This document shows positions 1 through 9,880 of a stretch of DNA of 20,000 bases, in pieces. The position numbers were made by a program, and so were the translations under genes. The number at the start of each line of letters is the position of its first letter. The first letter of the stretch is position 1. The notes below the pieces were generated by a model. It had not been told where the DNA came from and made no database searches. It saw only the letters and a program-made list of their open reading frames with translations. This DNA comes from an uncultured virus (IMG/VR IMGVR_UViG_3300042691_034547). Its lineage: Duplodnaviria; Heunggongvirae; Uroviricota; Caudoviricetes. The stretch lies in IMG/VR virus record IMGVR_UViG_3300042691_034547. One strand, given 5' to 3'.

Positions 1-632
1 AAATCTGATGCCGCTTGGCCTTGTAACTTACCTTTTTGAGAGACAATACCTTCAACATGATCGCCCGGTAAAGCAAGAACTATTGTTCCAAATTTCCTAC
101 CAATTTTTCTAAGTTCTTTAGCTCTTTCAACTGCTTCACTTGTTCCTCTATAAAATCTATCTACAATCTCTGCAGTTCCTGTATCCCCTACACGCTTACC
201 TATCTGTTGATCGCTTGCTACTACCATGTATGAAAGTGGGCCTGATACAGAGCCAACGGGTTTGGTTGGCTTCCATTTTGATATCTGCTCACATAATTTT
301 TCTACATCTAACTTTGTCTCTGAAGTTGTACCTGCTGGAACTAAATTTAATCTGAAAGCTTCTAGATAATCTCCACCATAAACTTGCCACCTAGATTTTC
401 TAACAGAGGTAACTTCCCAACTGTTGGGATCTAAACCAGCTTCTTTTAAAAGCTCTGCAGCATCTGGTATGGATCCAGCAGTTCTAGGGGTAGAGACTAC
501 ATACCCGCCATTTTCATCTATCTCAGAGTGAGGCCGCCAACTTTCATTTATAGGCTTTGCCCTAAGATCTGAGCCACTTTTACCTGGCTCCACTAGAGAT
601 GCTAGCTTTTTGAGAAGTTCTGAATCAGACAC
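1..632 (-). CDS. Metallophosphoesterase / Mre11-like nuclease (3' end runs off the window)
   Basis: Not in ORF track. Manual translation from GTG at 632, overlapping the stop of 625..924, is open to base 1: MSDSELLKKLASLVEPGK...YMVVASDQQIGK...IVLALPGDHVEG. The SDxQxG and GDxxEG motifs resemble calcineurin-like phosphoesterase motifs I and II. Confidence 0.7.
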   Translation of the reverse strand, partial: MSDSELLKKLASLVEPGKSGSDLRAKPINESWRPHSEIDENGGYVVSTPRTAGSIPDAAELLKEAGLDPNSWEVTSVRKSRWQVYGGDYLEAFRLNLVPAGTTSETKLDVEKLCEQISKWKPTKPVGSVSGPLSYMVVASDQQIGKRVGDTGTAEIVDRFYRGTSEAVERAKELRKIGRKFGTIVLALPGDHVEGIVSQKGKLQGQAASD

Positions 633-924
633 TGGCCTCATCCTTCTTTTTATCAAAGGCCACTTTCTTACCTATATAACACCTGCATCTCTTTGCTCGA
701 TGCATTCTTATTGAGGCAAAGGCAATGATGTGACCTTCTTCTGTAAGAATTTTGTGTATTTGAACATTTGTAATACCGCCAGCGCTGCTTGGAGATTCAA
801 AAACAAACTCCAAAGCTTTTCTATCATCTTCGCTGACCGATTCCAATATCTTGCTTACTCCGCAAGGCAAACCAGGGCCTTGAGGGCGTTTTTCACTTAG
901 CAATCTATCTGCTAATTTAGACAT
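625..924 (-). CDS. Small phage protein with helical/HTH-like core and HRxxxCxC putative metal-binding motif
   Basis: 99-aa ORF with GGAG RBS, N-terminal PCGV and C-terminal MHRAKRCRC. Coupled to the downstream phosphoesterase. Confidence 0.6.
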   Translation of the reverse strand: MSKLADRLLSEKRPQGPGLPCGVSKILESVSEDDRKALEFVFESPSSAGGITNVQIHKILTEEGHIIAFASIRMHRAKRCRCYIGKKVAFDKKKDEASV

Positions 925-1016
925 CTTCGCTCCAAACCCTAAAGTATCACTGTATTGTGATTCTTAGTAGTACGGAACTCTACCAGTAAGTAAACTTTAT
1001 TTTTGTATTGAAATTG

Positions 1017-1026
1017 TTGGCGTGTC
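1017..1026 (-). promoter_or_regulatory. GACACGCCAA motif (WhiA-type site) upstream of a TGG-TAGAGT -10 element
   Basis: Exact 10-mer also present at 1465-1474 on the + strand. GACAC is the known actinobacterial WhiA core. Confidence 0.4.
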
Positions 1027-1048
1027 GCCCAAAAAAACTGCTTTAAAA

Positions 1049-1372
1049 CTATTCTACTTTTTTAAGTCTTGCTCTTTTTGGCTTTGCTGCTGTCCCTAAT
1101 AATATATCTTTAATTATACCCATTTCGGCTTTTAATTCTGTTTGACCTTTTTCAATTTTATTGACTTGATCTTTTAGTGAGTCTCCACCATTTTCCCAAA
1201 GCTGGTGCTCGACTCTTTCCATACGATCTGATAGTGTTCTACCCTTAGCGTCCGTGCCAATAGCTGAGTCTATTCTTTTTGCAATCTTATATATTGAGAA
1301 CATGAAAGCACCGACAGCGGTGATTGTTCCGAGTACAAGCATCACTGTAGAAAGTGCAGACATATCTGACAT
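1049..1372 (-). CDS. Single-TM membrane protein with coiled-coil C-terminus
   Basis: Hydrophobic segment LSTVMLVLGTITAVGAFMFSIY, then heptad-like LSDRMERVEHQL...LKDQVNKIEKGQTELKAEM and a basic tail. Confidence 0.6.
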   Translation of the reverse strand: MSDMSALSTVMLVLGTITAVGAFMFSIYKIAKRIDSAIGTDAKGRTLSDRMERVEHQLWENGGDSLKDQVNKIEKGQTELKAEMGIIKDILLGTAAKPKRARLKKVE

Positions 1373-1464
1373 GATTACTCCATATATGGGTTATTGACTA
1401 TAGCAATTATAAAGTATGCGTGGTGTCTTGACTAGAGTCTAGGGTTTGCCTGTATCCTTGGATA

Positions 1465-1521
1465 GACACGCCAAGGTCATTACCTCAGATACTTTGCCAT
1501 TTGCATATCTGTTGGTAGGGT
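1465..1521 (+). promoter_or_regulatory. Putative primase promoter: GACACGCCAA box, then TTGCCA-N16-TAGGGT (extended -10 TG)
   Basis: Motifs read directly from the sequence. An AGGAGG RBS follows before GTG at 1552. Confidence 0.45.
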
Positions 1522-1551
1522 ATCCAAAGTTTAGTAGGAGGTAGGGATTTA

Positions 1552-4182
1552 GTGACGACGGGATCTGACAGATTTAAAAAAGCAGTCAGCTGGTACGCAT
1601 CTCAGGGGTGGCAGATTCTTCCCTGTCACGGAATCGTAGATGGTCGCTGCACTTGTAATCAAAAGCATGAAGAATCAAAAGACATAGGAAAGCATCCAGC
1701 AATAAATGCTTGGAACCGAGAATCAACTTCTGACATTGTAAAACTTAATAACTGGTGGGAAACAAACCCTGAATTCAACATTGGCGTTAACTGCAAAACT
1801 TCTGGATTTTTTGTAATTGATATTGATCCTCGCTCTGGAGGAGAAGATTCTTTTGAAAAGTTTGAAGCATATGTTGAAGGAGCACTTCCTCCAACTGCTG
1901 AAGCAACAACTGGTCGCTACGACATAAATGGAAAAGTTATCAATGGTCGTCACCTTTTTTATAAGTGCGACATTAATGAAGATTTGATTGGTAATTTATC
2001 AAAACTAGGTTTTAAAGGAATTGATATCAAGCACAACGGATATGTGCTTATCGCTCCAAGCCGTCACTTCTCTGGTGTTACTTATGAATGGGTTGAAGGT
2101 AAGGAACCTTGGAACACTCCAATTGCAGAAGCTCCTGAAGAATTATTAAAAGCACTCCGTAAGCGTCAAAGAGTTTCTGGTACAAGTAGTTACTCATCTG
2201 CTGACTGGGATTCAATACTTGATGAACCAATTAGTCAAGGTGTAGATATTGATCGAATACTTGAAGAAGGAATTGATGAGGGAGAGCGTGCTGTCATGCT
2301 CTTTAAACTTGCTTGTGCTCTTGGAAATAAATTTCCAATTCAAACAGTGGCGGGGCGTGAAGCTCTTATCTCTTTAATGATCCGTTTTAACGGTGAAAAA
2401 GTAAGACCTCCTATGCCGTTAGAAGGTCCTAACTCAGTAATAATGCATACTGAGCGTGCTATTGATTTTGTATTAAAAAATCCTATTATCGATAAAATTT
2501 GGCCAGGCGCAGCTCAATATGCAAACAACATGATTGAAGATACAAAACGCACTCAGAATGCTGGCAACCAACAACCTTTACTTGGTGTAGTTCAACCTCC
2601 TAAAGACTTTTTAGATGAATACAGTTTGCCTGGCACTTTTGGAGGCGCTGTAAAAGAGTCTATTGATAATGGTATGTCTTTAGAAGAAGCTTCTTCAAAC
2701 GACAACATGGGCATAATAAAAGATCAAGATGCTATTAATGAAGAAGATAGAGGTCCAGATTGGAAAGGTAGATCTCTTTCAGATACTGGTAATGGCCGTA
2801 GATTAATTGATTCATTTGGTCAAGCTCTTCGTTATACTCCAGGACTTGGCTGGTTTGTGTGGAGTAATGGTTTTTGGAAGCCAGACCCAGAAGATTTAAA
2901 TATACAAGAAGTTTCAAAAAAGCTTGGCTCTCTTATTGCTTCTGAAACTAATCGGTATAAAGAAGATGCCGATCAGCAAACAAAAGTTATTCAATGGGCC
3001 AATCAAGCTAAATCAGAAGCGAGGTTGAAGTCTGCAATTAATAACGCAAACTCAGATCCTCGAATTAGAGTTGATGTAGAGAAATGGGATCAGGACCCGT
3101 ATCTTCTTGGCGTGACGAACGGTGTTGTTGACCTCCGAACAGGTGAGCTCCTACAAGGTCGCCCAGATCTCTACATCACCAAGCGTGCTCCAGTTGCATA
3201 CACTCGTGGAATGACCAACATGCGTTGGCAACAGTTCCTTGACTTTGCAACAGATGGAGATAAAGAGTTCCAAGATTGGATTCAGCGTGCAGCTGGTTAT
3301 TCAATGACTGGACTCAGCAGATACGACATTTTGTTCTTGGTATATGGACCAGCTGGTTCTGGTAAGAATACACTTGTTGAAGCTATCGTAAAGTGTCTTG
3401 GAAGTAGTCAGTACGCATTCCCACTTGATTCAAGCATTCTTGCTATGGATGGCGGGTCGTCACGAAGTACAGATCTTTATCACTGGGCTGAAATGCGTGG
3501 ACGAAGAATGGTTTGGGTAGACGAGCTTCCAGACAATGAGCGCATCAAAGAAAACTCAGTTAAGAAACTAACTGGTTCTTCTGAAATTTCTGCTCGTTCG
3601 CCAGGAGAAAAACCATTTACATTCCAATCACAAGCAAAGCTTTGGATTACAACTAATCACAGACCAATTATTACTGACGATGCAATGTGGCGTCGTATTC
3701 GACCAATTCCTATGTTGAAGACTCCTGAGAAGGCAGATCCTGGACTAAAGGAATATATCTTTGATCCAGATGGCGCTCTACCTGCAGTTTTATCTTGGGC
3801 AGTTGAAGGAGCTATCAAAGTTCTTGGTAGTGCTAATCGTGATGGCCTTGGATGGTGTCGTGCTGTTTCAGAAGCTGCAGATATGTATCGAAAGAACGAA
3901 GATCGAATTGCTCTATTTATTGAAGAAGAAACTATTAAATCAGAAGGCGCAAGTATTACTGTTAAGCAGCTATTTATGATTTATCGTGCATGGAGCGAAG
4001 ATCGTGGTGAGCGTCCTATGACTCAAATTGCTTTTGACAGAAAGATGCGTGAGCGAGGACTTAAAGTTGAAGGTAGTGGTGCTAAAGCAACTATCTACAA
4101 TTTACAAATGGCTCCACGACAAGTTCCTATGAGCAGTACTCCAGACTGGAGTCTGATAACTAGAACTGCTAAAAATATTTAG
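1552..4182 (+). CDS. Bifunctional DNA primase/polymerase fused to D5_N and SF3 (P4/D5 family) helicase
   Basis: N-terminal Prim-Pol motifs (GKHP, NIGV, VIDIDPR, GRHLFY, GIDIK..GYVLIAPS), D5_N (SDTGNGRRL, NGVVDLRTGEL), Walker A GPAGSGKNT, Walker B VWVDE, motif C ITTNHRP and DDAMWRR. Confidence 0.92.
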   Translation: MTTGSDRFKKAVSWYASQGWQILPCHGIVDGRCTCNQKHEESKDIGKHPAINAWNRESTSDIVKLNNWWETNPEFNIGVNCKTSGFFVIDIDPRSGGEDSFEKFEAYVEGALPPTAEATTGRYDINGKVINGRHLFYKCDINEDLIGNLSKLGFKGIDIKHNGYVLIAPSRHFSGVTYEWVEGKEPWNTPIAEAPEELLKALRKRQRVSGTSSYSSADWDSILDEPISQGVDIDRILEEGIDEGERAVMLFKLACALGNKFPIQTVAGREALISLMIRFNGEKVRPPMPLEGPNSVIMHTERAIDFVLKNPIIDKIWPGAAQYANNMIEDTKRTQNAGNQQPLLGVVQPPKDFLDEYSLPGTFGGAVKESIDNGMSLEEASSNDNMGIIKDQDAINEEDRGPDWKGRSLSDTGNGRRLIDSFGQALRYTPGLGWFVWSNGFWKPDPEDLNIQEVSKKLGSLIASETNRYKEDADQQTKVIQWANQAKSEARLKSAINNANSDPRIRVDVEKWDQDPYLLGVTNGVVDLRTGELLQGRPDLYITKRAPVAYTRGMTNMRWQQFLDFATDGDKEFQDWIQRAAGYSMTGLSRYDILFLVYGPAGSGKNTLVEAIVKCLGSSQYAFPLDSSILAMDGGSSRSTDLYHWAEMRGRRMVWVDELPDNERIKENSVKKLTGSSEISARSPGEKPFTFQSQAKLWITTNHRPIITDDAMWRRIRPIPMLKTPEKADPGLKEYIFDPDGALPAVLSWAVEGAIKVLGSANRDGLGWCRAVSEAADMYRKNEDRIALFIEEETIKSEGASITVKQLFMIYRAWSEDRGERPMTQIAFDRKMRERGLKVEGSGAKATIYNLQMAPRQVPMSSTPDWSLITRTAKNI

Positions 4183-5588
4183 CGTTTAGGACTAAAGACT
4201 CTAGCTCCACCGCCACCATTCCTAAATGGCGGAAGTCTTCTTGCAGATGGCGATTTAGCTGTGATTCGACCACCAACAAAACCCTCTGGTGGCTTAATCA
4301 TCAATGCGGTTAGTGCATGTACTAATGCGTCAACTCTGTCTGGAGACTTTCCTTCTCCTGGAATCCACTGTGTCATTTGGCTCTCGAGATCTGTTAAATA
4401 TCCTAAATGATGAACTCTTCCTTGCTCATATGCAAGAACAGTTGGTTCAGCACGAAGCTGTTTGCCGTGCTTTGAATGAACTTCAAGAACTTTTACATTT
4501 GGATCAATAGCATTAATAGCGTTTCTTACCAAAGCTCCACCTTGATTTACTTCAGCTACAACTGGTGCACCCCAGCGCTTAGACATCTCTACAACTTTAT
4601 TTGCCCAAAGCTCTGGAGATCCATGAACTGTTGCATCTTCTAAAACCCAAGCGTGTCTCTTATATAAATCTCTATCTGCAGTTGCAGCGCATACAATAAT
4701 TCCACACTCATCTCGTGGATTTTCTGCCACAGATGGATCAACGCCAATAATTCTTAGCGGTGTAGATGGTGGTAGAACTCCTTGCCGTGAAGCTTCAATC
4801 ATTTCAATTGTCCACAATGCGCCTTCAACATCTGAAAGCATCTCACCATAAAGTTCCTGCTGAGCAAGTCTTGTTCCTTGATAAACTCCAACAATTGTGT
4901 CTAGATATGTTTGACTTAAGTTTCCTCTGTTGTCAAGAGTAGATCCACGAGTAACAACTACCTTGCCAGTTGTTTCTGCTTCTTTTAAAAGTTGATATAA
5001 AAGCGGTACACGCTTTGGAGTAGTAGTAACCATGATTTGCGGATGAGCACCAAGACGAGTACCGACACGCAAGTTATCAAATGCGGTCATACCTGCAGCA
5101 TCTGGTGTTTGTCTCCACGCTGCCACCTCATCGCCCCATGCATGTGTGAACTGCGGACCACGAAGTGAGTCAGGTTCGTCTGCGGTAAAGCATGTTGCGG
5201 TATTTCCATTAGGCCATGTAAGGCGACGCTTTGAAGGCTCGTATATTGGGCGCTCGCTAGGTGGAGTCACATTCATAATGCCTGACTCACCTTCAACAAT
5301 TACATCTCGCACATCAGCTGCGGTACGAGCTACTAACGCAAATCTGCGCTGCCCTGTTGTTGTGTATTTCGCTTGTTCTCTAACCCACTCGGCAGCGGCA
5401 CGGGTTTTACCCGCACCGCGGCCAGCGAGATAGATCCATATATTCCAATTACCTGCTGGTGCTAGTTGTTCAGGTCTTCCCCAAACAGACCAGTCCCAGT
5501 TAAGACTTTTTTCATCGAATCCAGCAAGTAATCTTTTTTGTTCTTCTTCAGGTAAGAGCATTAACTCTTCCATAATGCTTTTACCCAT
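4179..5588 (-). CDS. terL: Phage terminase large subunit
   Basis: Walker A AGRGAGKT, LRGPQFTHAWGDEVA Walker B, TTTP coupling motif, QELYGE, RNase H-like IIGVDP and SPDRVDALV. Confidence 0.9.
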   Translation of the reverse strand: MGKSIMEELMLLPEEEQKRLLAGFDEKSLNWDWSVWGRPEQLAPAGNWNIWIYLAGRGAGKTRAAAEWVREQAKYTTTGQRRFALVARTAADVRDVIVEGESGIMNVTPPSERPIYEPSKRRLTWPNGNTATCFTADEPDSLRGPQFTHAWGDEVAAWRQTPDAAGMTAFDNLRVGTRLGAHPQIMVTTTPKRVPLLYQLLKEAETTGKVVVTRGSTLDNRGNLSQTYLDTIVGVYQGTRLAQQELYGEMLSDVEGALWTIEMIEASRQGVLPPSTPLRIIGVDPSVAENPRDECGIIVCAATADRDLYKRHAWVLEDATVHGSPELWANKVVEMSKRWGAPVVAEVNQGGALVRNAINAIDPNVKVLEVHSKHGKQLRAEPTVLAYEQGRVHHLGYLTDLESQMTQWIPGEGKSPDRVDALVHALTALMIKPPEGFVGGRITAKSPSARRLPPFRNGGGGARVFSPKR

Positions 5589-5594
5589 AACTAC

Positions 5595-6059
5595 CTACTT
5601 TGTTCGTTGAAGACTTCTCTGTACTCCATAGTATAGAGGTGCAGCTGAGCTTAGACCCAGTTCTTTTGCAAGTCTTGACAAAGAAACTCCTGCTTTATAT
5701 TCAGCAGCAAGTTGATCGTGATAAGCGTCAACGCCAATCTCTTTAGCACTTTTAACACGATTAGCTGCTTCAATATAAGACTCTGGAGTTAGTTTTATAG
5801 AGGACTGACTTTTAATAGCTGATACAGCAACATTGTCCATTACAACTCGTCTGCGTAATCCAGCGTATGCAACCTTAAGTTCTTTTGCTAACTTTGGAAG
5901 ACTTCCGCCTCGCTTGTGATACTCAATAAGAAGTTGTGTGTACTGACGACTTGCATCGTGGGCAGGGCTAGATTTACTTCTAGCACCAAAAGCTTTCTTT
6001 GCCAATGGAAGAATTGGCTCAATCTTTGATTTGTATTCTTGGACTAGATTCTCGTCCAC
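5595..6059 (-). CDS. Tandem HTH DNA-binding protein (candidate small terminase or regulator)
   Basis: Two similar HTH-like units, EYHKRGGSLPKLAKELKVAY and EYKAGVSLSRLAKELGLSS. AGGAG RBS. Ends 6 bp upstream of terL. Confidence 0.6.
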   Translation of the reverse strand: MDENLVQEYKSKIEPILPLAKKAFGARSKSSPAHDASRQYTQLLIEYHKRGGSLPKLAKELKVAYAGLRRRVVMDNVAVSAIKSQSSIKLTPESYIEAANRVKSAKEIGVDAYHDQLAAEYKAGVSLSRLAKELGLSSAAPLYYGVQRSLQRTK

Positions 6060-6102
6060 GGTGTCTCCTATGTCTCTATATAGGGCTAATTCCCTATGAG
6101 AC

Positions 6103-6131
6103 TATTGTATAGAAGACTAGGGCAAAGTCAA
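6103..6131 (-). promoter_or_regulatory. Sigma70/HrdB-type promoter TTGACT-N16-TACAAT for the HTH-terL unit
   Basis: Reverse complement reads TTGACTttgccctagtcttctaTACAAT. Confidence 0.55.
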
Positions 6132-6141
6132 GAAAGGTATA

Positions 6142-6315
6142 TTATTCGTCGTCTCGGGCGTTTCGGATTGGGTATGTAGCCCACCAAACGACCATAGAAA
6201 AGACAATAGCATACCCAACGACAGTCTTGGCCGAGCCATCAAGGACTAGCCAAGCAATAAACATGCCTAGCAGGGTCCAGACTTGATCCAAGACATCTCT
6301 TAGGAAGTCTTTCAC
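6142..6315 (-). CDS. 57-aa two-TM membrane protein
   Basis: Below the ORF-track cutoff. [57 protein letters not shown]. The GTGA start overlaps the upstream stop, with an AAGGAG RBS. Confidence 0.8.
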   Translation of the reverse strand: MKDFLRDVLDQVWTLLGMFIAWLVLDGSAKTVVGYAIVFSMVVWWATYPIRNARDDE

Positions 6316-9300
6316 TCTTTACTCCTTCTCCTTGACCTAGCGCCCCGATTTGGGCCACTAGCTGGTCCACCTGCAGGGTTAGACCTAGATCCACCTGCTG
6401 GTGCTCCTCCAGTAGCTGCTGCTGCAGCTCCTAGAGCGGTTTGAACAGCTTGTCCTGCGACAACAACTGTTACAACCATTTTCTCTGCCTCTTCACGCTC
6501 TTCTTCGCTCATATCGGCTCCCAAACTTGCAAGAGCTAATAAAGCTTCTCCTGGATCTGAAAAGATTGCAGAGACTAATTCAGCTGGATTGGCTACTAAT
6601 TCTAGCGCTGCTGCAACCTCTGCTTCTATAACAACTGCGTTGCCATTCTCATCTGTGCGAACATCTACAGGAGTTGCAGGTGGAAGATCCTCGTATGTAA
6701 GACCAGATTCTTTCATTGCCTCACCTGAAACAACTCCATCTACAGCTGCTTCAATAAGTGCCCCAGCAATGACCTCTTTTTCTGCAGAAGTAAGTTTTCC
6801 ATCTGCTGCTAAAGCGTCAGCAAGATTATTAACTTCTTCGGCAGTAACTTCTCCATCTGCACCTAAAGCATCTAAAATATCTTCTGCTTCTTCAGCGGTA
6901 ATTTTTCCATCACTCGCCGCATCATCAATAGCTTCCGTTACTTCTTCTTCTGTTGGAGTATCATTATCAGATGGTTCTTCAGAAGGTTCTTCGACAGGTT
7001 CAGGCTCGGGCTCGGGCGTTGGTTCAGGCTCGGGCTCAGGTTCTGGTGTTGGCTCTGGTTCTGGTTCTGGCTCAGGGGTTGGCTCAGGTTCAGGTTCAGG
7101 CTCTGGCTCAGGCTCTGGCTGAGGTTCTGGTTCGGGTTCTGGCTGTGGCTCTGGTTCTGGCTCTGGGTCTGGTGTTGGTTCGGGTTCTGGTTCGGGTTCT
7201 GGATCAGGAGTAGGTTCAGGCTGTGGCTCTGGATCAGGAGTAGGTTCAGGATTAGGAGTAGGTTCAGGTGAAGGTTCGGGTTGTGGCTCTGGTTGTGGCT
7301 CTGGCTGCGGTTGTGGTGTTGGTTCTGGCTGCGGTGAAGGAGTTGGCTCAGGTGTTGGAGGATTTGGATTTGGCGGAGGAGGAGGCGGAGGAGTCTGATT
7401 TATAACTTCCGCTTGCACCACAGTCTGAGCAGTTTGAACTGCAGCAATAGCTTGAACAGTTTCATTTATTGCAACTTGAGCTGAAGCAATAGCAGTATCC
7501 ATAGCAGTAACAGCGGTCTGAGCTACTGTCAGGTTTGTCTGAGCATTTGTTAGGTTTGTCTGCGCTAAAGTCTGATCAGCTGTAAGAGTTTGTAAAGTTT
7601 GAGTTTGAGTTGTTAAGTTTTGCTCAGCTGTAGCTAGCGTTTGAAGCTGCTGAGTTGTAGCAGTAGAAGTTGTAAATTCAGTTCCAGGAATAATTTCCCA
7701 TCCATTTCCTGTGTATCTCATCAAAGCTACCCAAGCGCCACCACCATTTTCGTAGTACCACATCTCGAATGTCTTGCTGACACCAGCTGTAGTTGCTACA
7801 TCTGCTGTAGAACCGCCGCCGCCTTTGTCATACCAGTCATTGATTACAAGCTCTCCATCTAGGTATAGCTTGACTCCATCATCTCCTGGAGCGTGTAAGT
7901 ATTGAGTTCCACTTTCTTGTGGAGTCCAATTACCTGTGTACTTGACAATTACATCTTCTGATCGATTAGAGCCAGCAACATTTCCTCCGCCCCACTGTTC
8001 ATTAATTCCATTTGTATCAGTGGTGGTATGGATTGGGGTTGCACCTGCTGGAAGAGTTGGAGCGTTGTTTTGTCCTAAAACATTAAATACTTCTACTTTT
8101 AAACCTTGTTGAGTAGCTGAATCAACAACTGCTTGAGCTGCTGCTTCAGTTGCAGTAGCCTCAGTTACTACTGCTTGCTGAGTTGTAACAGCTGTTGTAG
8201 CTGTAGCCAAAACTTGAGTCTTGTCTTCAACAACTGCCTGAGCTGCTGCAACTGTAGGAGCATTAGCAGCTAAAGATTGAGCTGTTGTCATATCTGTTTG
8301 AGCTTGGGTAACTGCTGCTTGAGCTTGAGCAACTTCGGTTGTTGCAGTTGCAACTGCTTGAGTAACTGCAGTGGTTGGTGTAAGAGTGTTAGCAGTTTCG
8401 GTAACTGTTTGAAGAGTGTTTGTAATAGTAGTAACTGCTGCAGCAGAAACTGTTACCTGAGCTTCTGCCACTTTTACTTCAGCTTCATCTATTTCTGTTT
8501 CTGCATTAGTTACTGCAGTTTGTGCTGTAATAACTGCAGAAGCAGCTGAAGTACTTGCTGCAACTGCTACACCTTGAGCTGTAGTTTCGTTTGATTGAGC
8601 TGTTGAAAGAGCAGTTTGAGCTGTTGTAAGAGTCTCAGTTGCTGCAGTCTGAGTTGCTTGAAGAGTAGTTAATGTAGCTTGTTCTGTGGCTAAAGTTGTT
8701 GCTGCAGCTTGAGCTGCTGCTGTAGCTTGTGGATCTGAGCTTGTTTTTGTAACAACAATGTTGTCGACAATATAGTAATCAGAATCTTTTGTAATAGTGA
8801 CTGTTTGAATGTTTGAACCAGTAACAGTCTCGGTTGATGTATACCCTGTTGACTGGTTTTCAGTAGAAACATTGTTATTGATTACTTCAGTGTTGGTTGT
8901 TCCATCTGCATTTGTTGCAGTCATGTTTGTGTCGCCGTTTTTGGCGTATACACCTATTGTTACTGAAGTAACAGTTCCAGAATCGGAAGGATTGACATCT
9001 ATAACAACATTATTTGTTGGATTAATAATAGTAAGAGCTGAACCCTCGGTTTGTTGAGTATTCCAGTTTCCACCAATAGACACACCAGTTGACCCAGTTG
9101 AGGAAGTAACTGTAGTCCCGCCAGTGGTGATTGTTACAACGCTAGTTGTGTTATTTGCAAAAGTCTCTGTAACTGTAGTAGTTGTGTTTGATGCAGCTGC
9201 TGTAGCTGCAGTTGATGTTGCTGTTTCTTGAGCTGACGCTACTACTACTTCTTGAGTCGTTACTGCTGTTGTCGCTGCTGTTGCTGCTGTTTGAGCTTCT

Positions 9301-9818
9301 GCTACTGCTGTGGTTTGGGTCGCAACTGTGGCGGTTGCTTGGGCCAAAGTTTGATTGGCAACTTCCGATGTTGTAACTGCTGTCTGGGCGGTTTGGACTT
9401 CTGCACTTGCTGTTTGCGTAGCATTTGAAGCTTCTGTTACTGCAGTCTGTGCATTAGAAACTGATTCTGTTACTTGAGTAGATGGTTGAGATATTGATGT
9501 TGCTACCTCCGTAATCTGAGTTACTTGTGTTTGTAGAGTTGTTACTTCAGATCCCGCCGCTGCTGCAGCGGTTGCTGCTTCAGTAATTTGCCCTTGCGCT
9601 GAGCTACTTGAAGAAGCTTGTGGATCACCTCCCGACGACGCAGTGGATTCTTGTGTATTGTTGCCAGAATCCCCCTCTCCCTGAGATGGAGCGTCATCGG
9701 CTTTCGCCACTGATGGAATAAGTATCCCATAAATTAAACCTATTAATGGTACGACAAAGAAGTACATTAGAGCTTTAAGCTTTATGTACTTTTTATAACT
9801 AAAACGCATTAAGCGCAT
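6312..9818 (-). CDS. Large secreted/surface protein: signal peptide, Ala/Thr/Gln coiled-coil stalk, inserted beta-rich domain, PA14 domain, Pro-Glu linker, acidic C-terminal region
   Basis: N-terminal basic+hydrophobic segment ending AKA-DD. PA14-like sequence at about 7680-8105 (WGGG...VKYTG...[18 protein letters not shown]...[10 protein letters not shown]). (PE)n/(PEPT)n tract. Confidence 0.75.
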   Translation of the reverse strand: MRLMRFSYKKYIKLKALMYFFVVPLIGLIYGILIPSVAKADDAPSQGEGDSGNNTQESTASSGGDPQASSSSSAQGQITEAATAAAAAGSEVTTLQTQVTQITEVATSISQPSTQVTESVSNAQTAVTEASNATQTASAEVQTAQTAVTTSEVANQTLAQATATVATQTTAVAEAQTAATAATTAVTTQEVVVASAQETATSTAATAAASNTTTTVTETFANNTTSVVTITTGGTTVTSSTGSTGVSIGGNWNTQQTEGSALTIINPTNNVVIDVNPSDSGTVTSVTIGVYAKNGDTNMTATNADGTTNTEVINNNVSTENQSTGYTSTETVTGSNIQTVTITKDSDYYIVDNIVVTKTSSDPQATAAAQAAATTLATEQATLTTLQATQTAATETLTTAQTALSTAQSNETTAQGVAVAASTSAASAVITAQTAVTNAETEIDEAEVKVAEAQVTVSAAAVTTITNTLQTVTETANTLTPTTAVTQAVATATTEVAQAQAAVTQAQTDMTTAQSLAANAPTVAAAQAVVEDKTQVLATATTAVTTQQAVVTEATATEAAAQAVVDSATQQGLKVEVFNVLGQNNAPTLPAGATPIHTTTDTNGINEQWGGGNVAGSNRSEDVIVKYTGNWTPQESGTQYLHAPGDDGVKLYLDGELVINDWYDKGGGGSTADVATTAGVSKTFEMWYYENGGGAWVALMRYTGNGWEIIPGTEFTTSTATTQQLQTLATAEQNLTTQTQTLQTLTADQTLAQTNLTNAQTNLTVAQTAVTAMDTAIASAQVAINETVQAIAAVQTAQTVVQAEVINQTPPPPPPPNPNPPTPEPTPSPQPEPTPQPQPEPQPEPQPEPSPEPTPNPEPTPDPEPQPEPTPDPEPEPEPEPTPDPEPEPEPQPEPEPEPQPEPEPEPEPEPEPTPEPEPEPEPTPEPEPEPEPTPEPEPEPVEEPSEEPSDNDTPTEEEVTEAIDDAASDGKITAEEAEDILDALGADGEVTAEEVNNLADALAADGKLTSAEKEVIAGALIEAAVDGVVSGEAMKESGLTYEDLPPATPVDVRTDENGNAVVIEAEVAAALELVANPAELVSAIFSDPGEALLALASLGADMSEEEREEAEKMVVTVVVAGQAVQTALGAAAAATGGAPAGGSRSNPAGGPASGPNRGARSRRRSKE
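6997..7395 (-). repeat. Low-complexity Pro-Glu/Pro-Thr coding repeat
   Basis: Degenerate 6-nt periodicity (ggttca/ggctct) encoding [11 protein letters not shown]. Confidence 0.9.
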
Positions 9819-9880
9819 TTAAAGTCAGTTCTCCCGTGTCCAAGGAGCGTAAGTTAAACAACTTACCTGATAATATTATC

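Noticed and set aside
2500..2770. Intein or insertion in the primase
   Set aside because: A low-complexity interdomain linker with no intein terminal motifs (C/S start, HN end) or LAGLIDADG blocks.
3090..3560. Apparent shift toward C-ending codons within the primase (mosaicism)
   Set aside because: Visual impression only. It could not be quantified and coincides with the most conserved domain.
140..5433. Short alternative-frame or antisense ORFs (140, 1723, 2735, 3761, 4304, 5146)
   Set aside because: Fully nested in well-supported genes and lack recognisable motifs.
6589..7213. + strand ORFs rich in Ser/Gly (GSGSGS) or VLAL repeats
   Set aside because: Antisense shadows of the Pro-Glu repeat in the 1168-aa gene.
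6997..7395. Possible CRISPR array or VNTR
   Set aside because: Degenerate 6-nt coding periodicity with no constant repeat and unique spacer structure.
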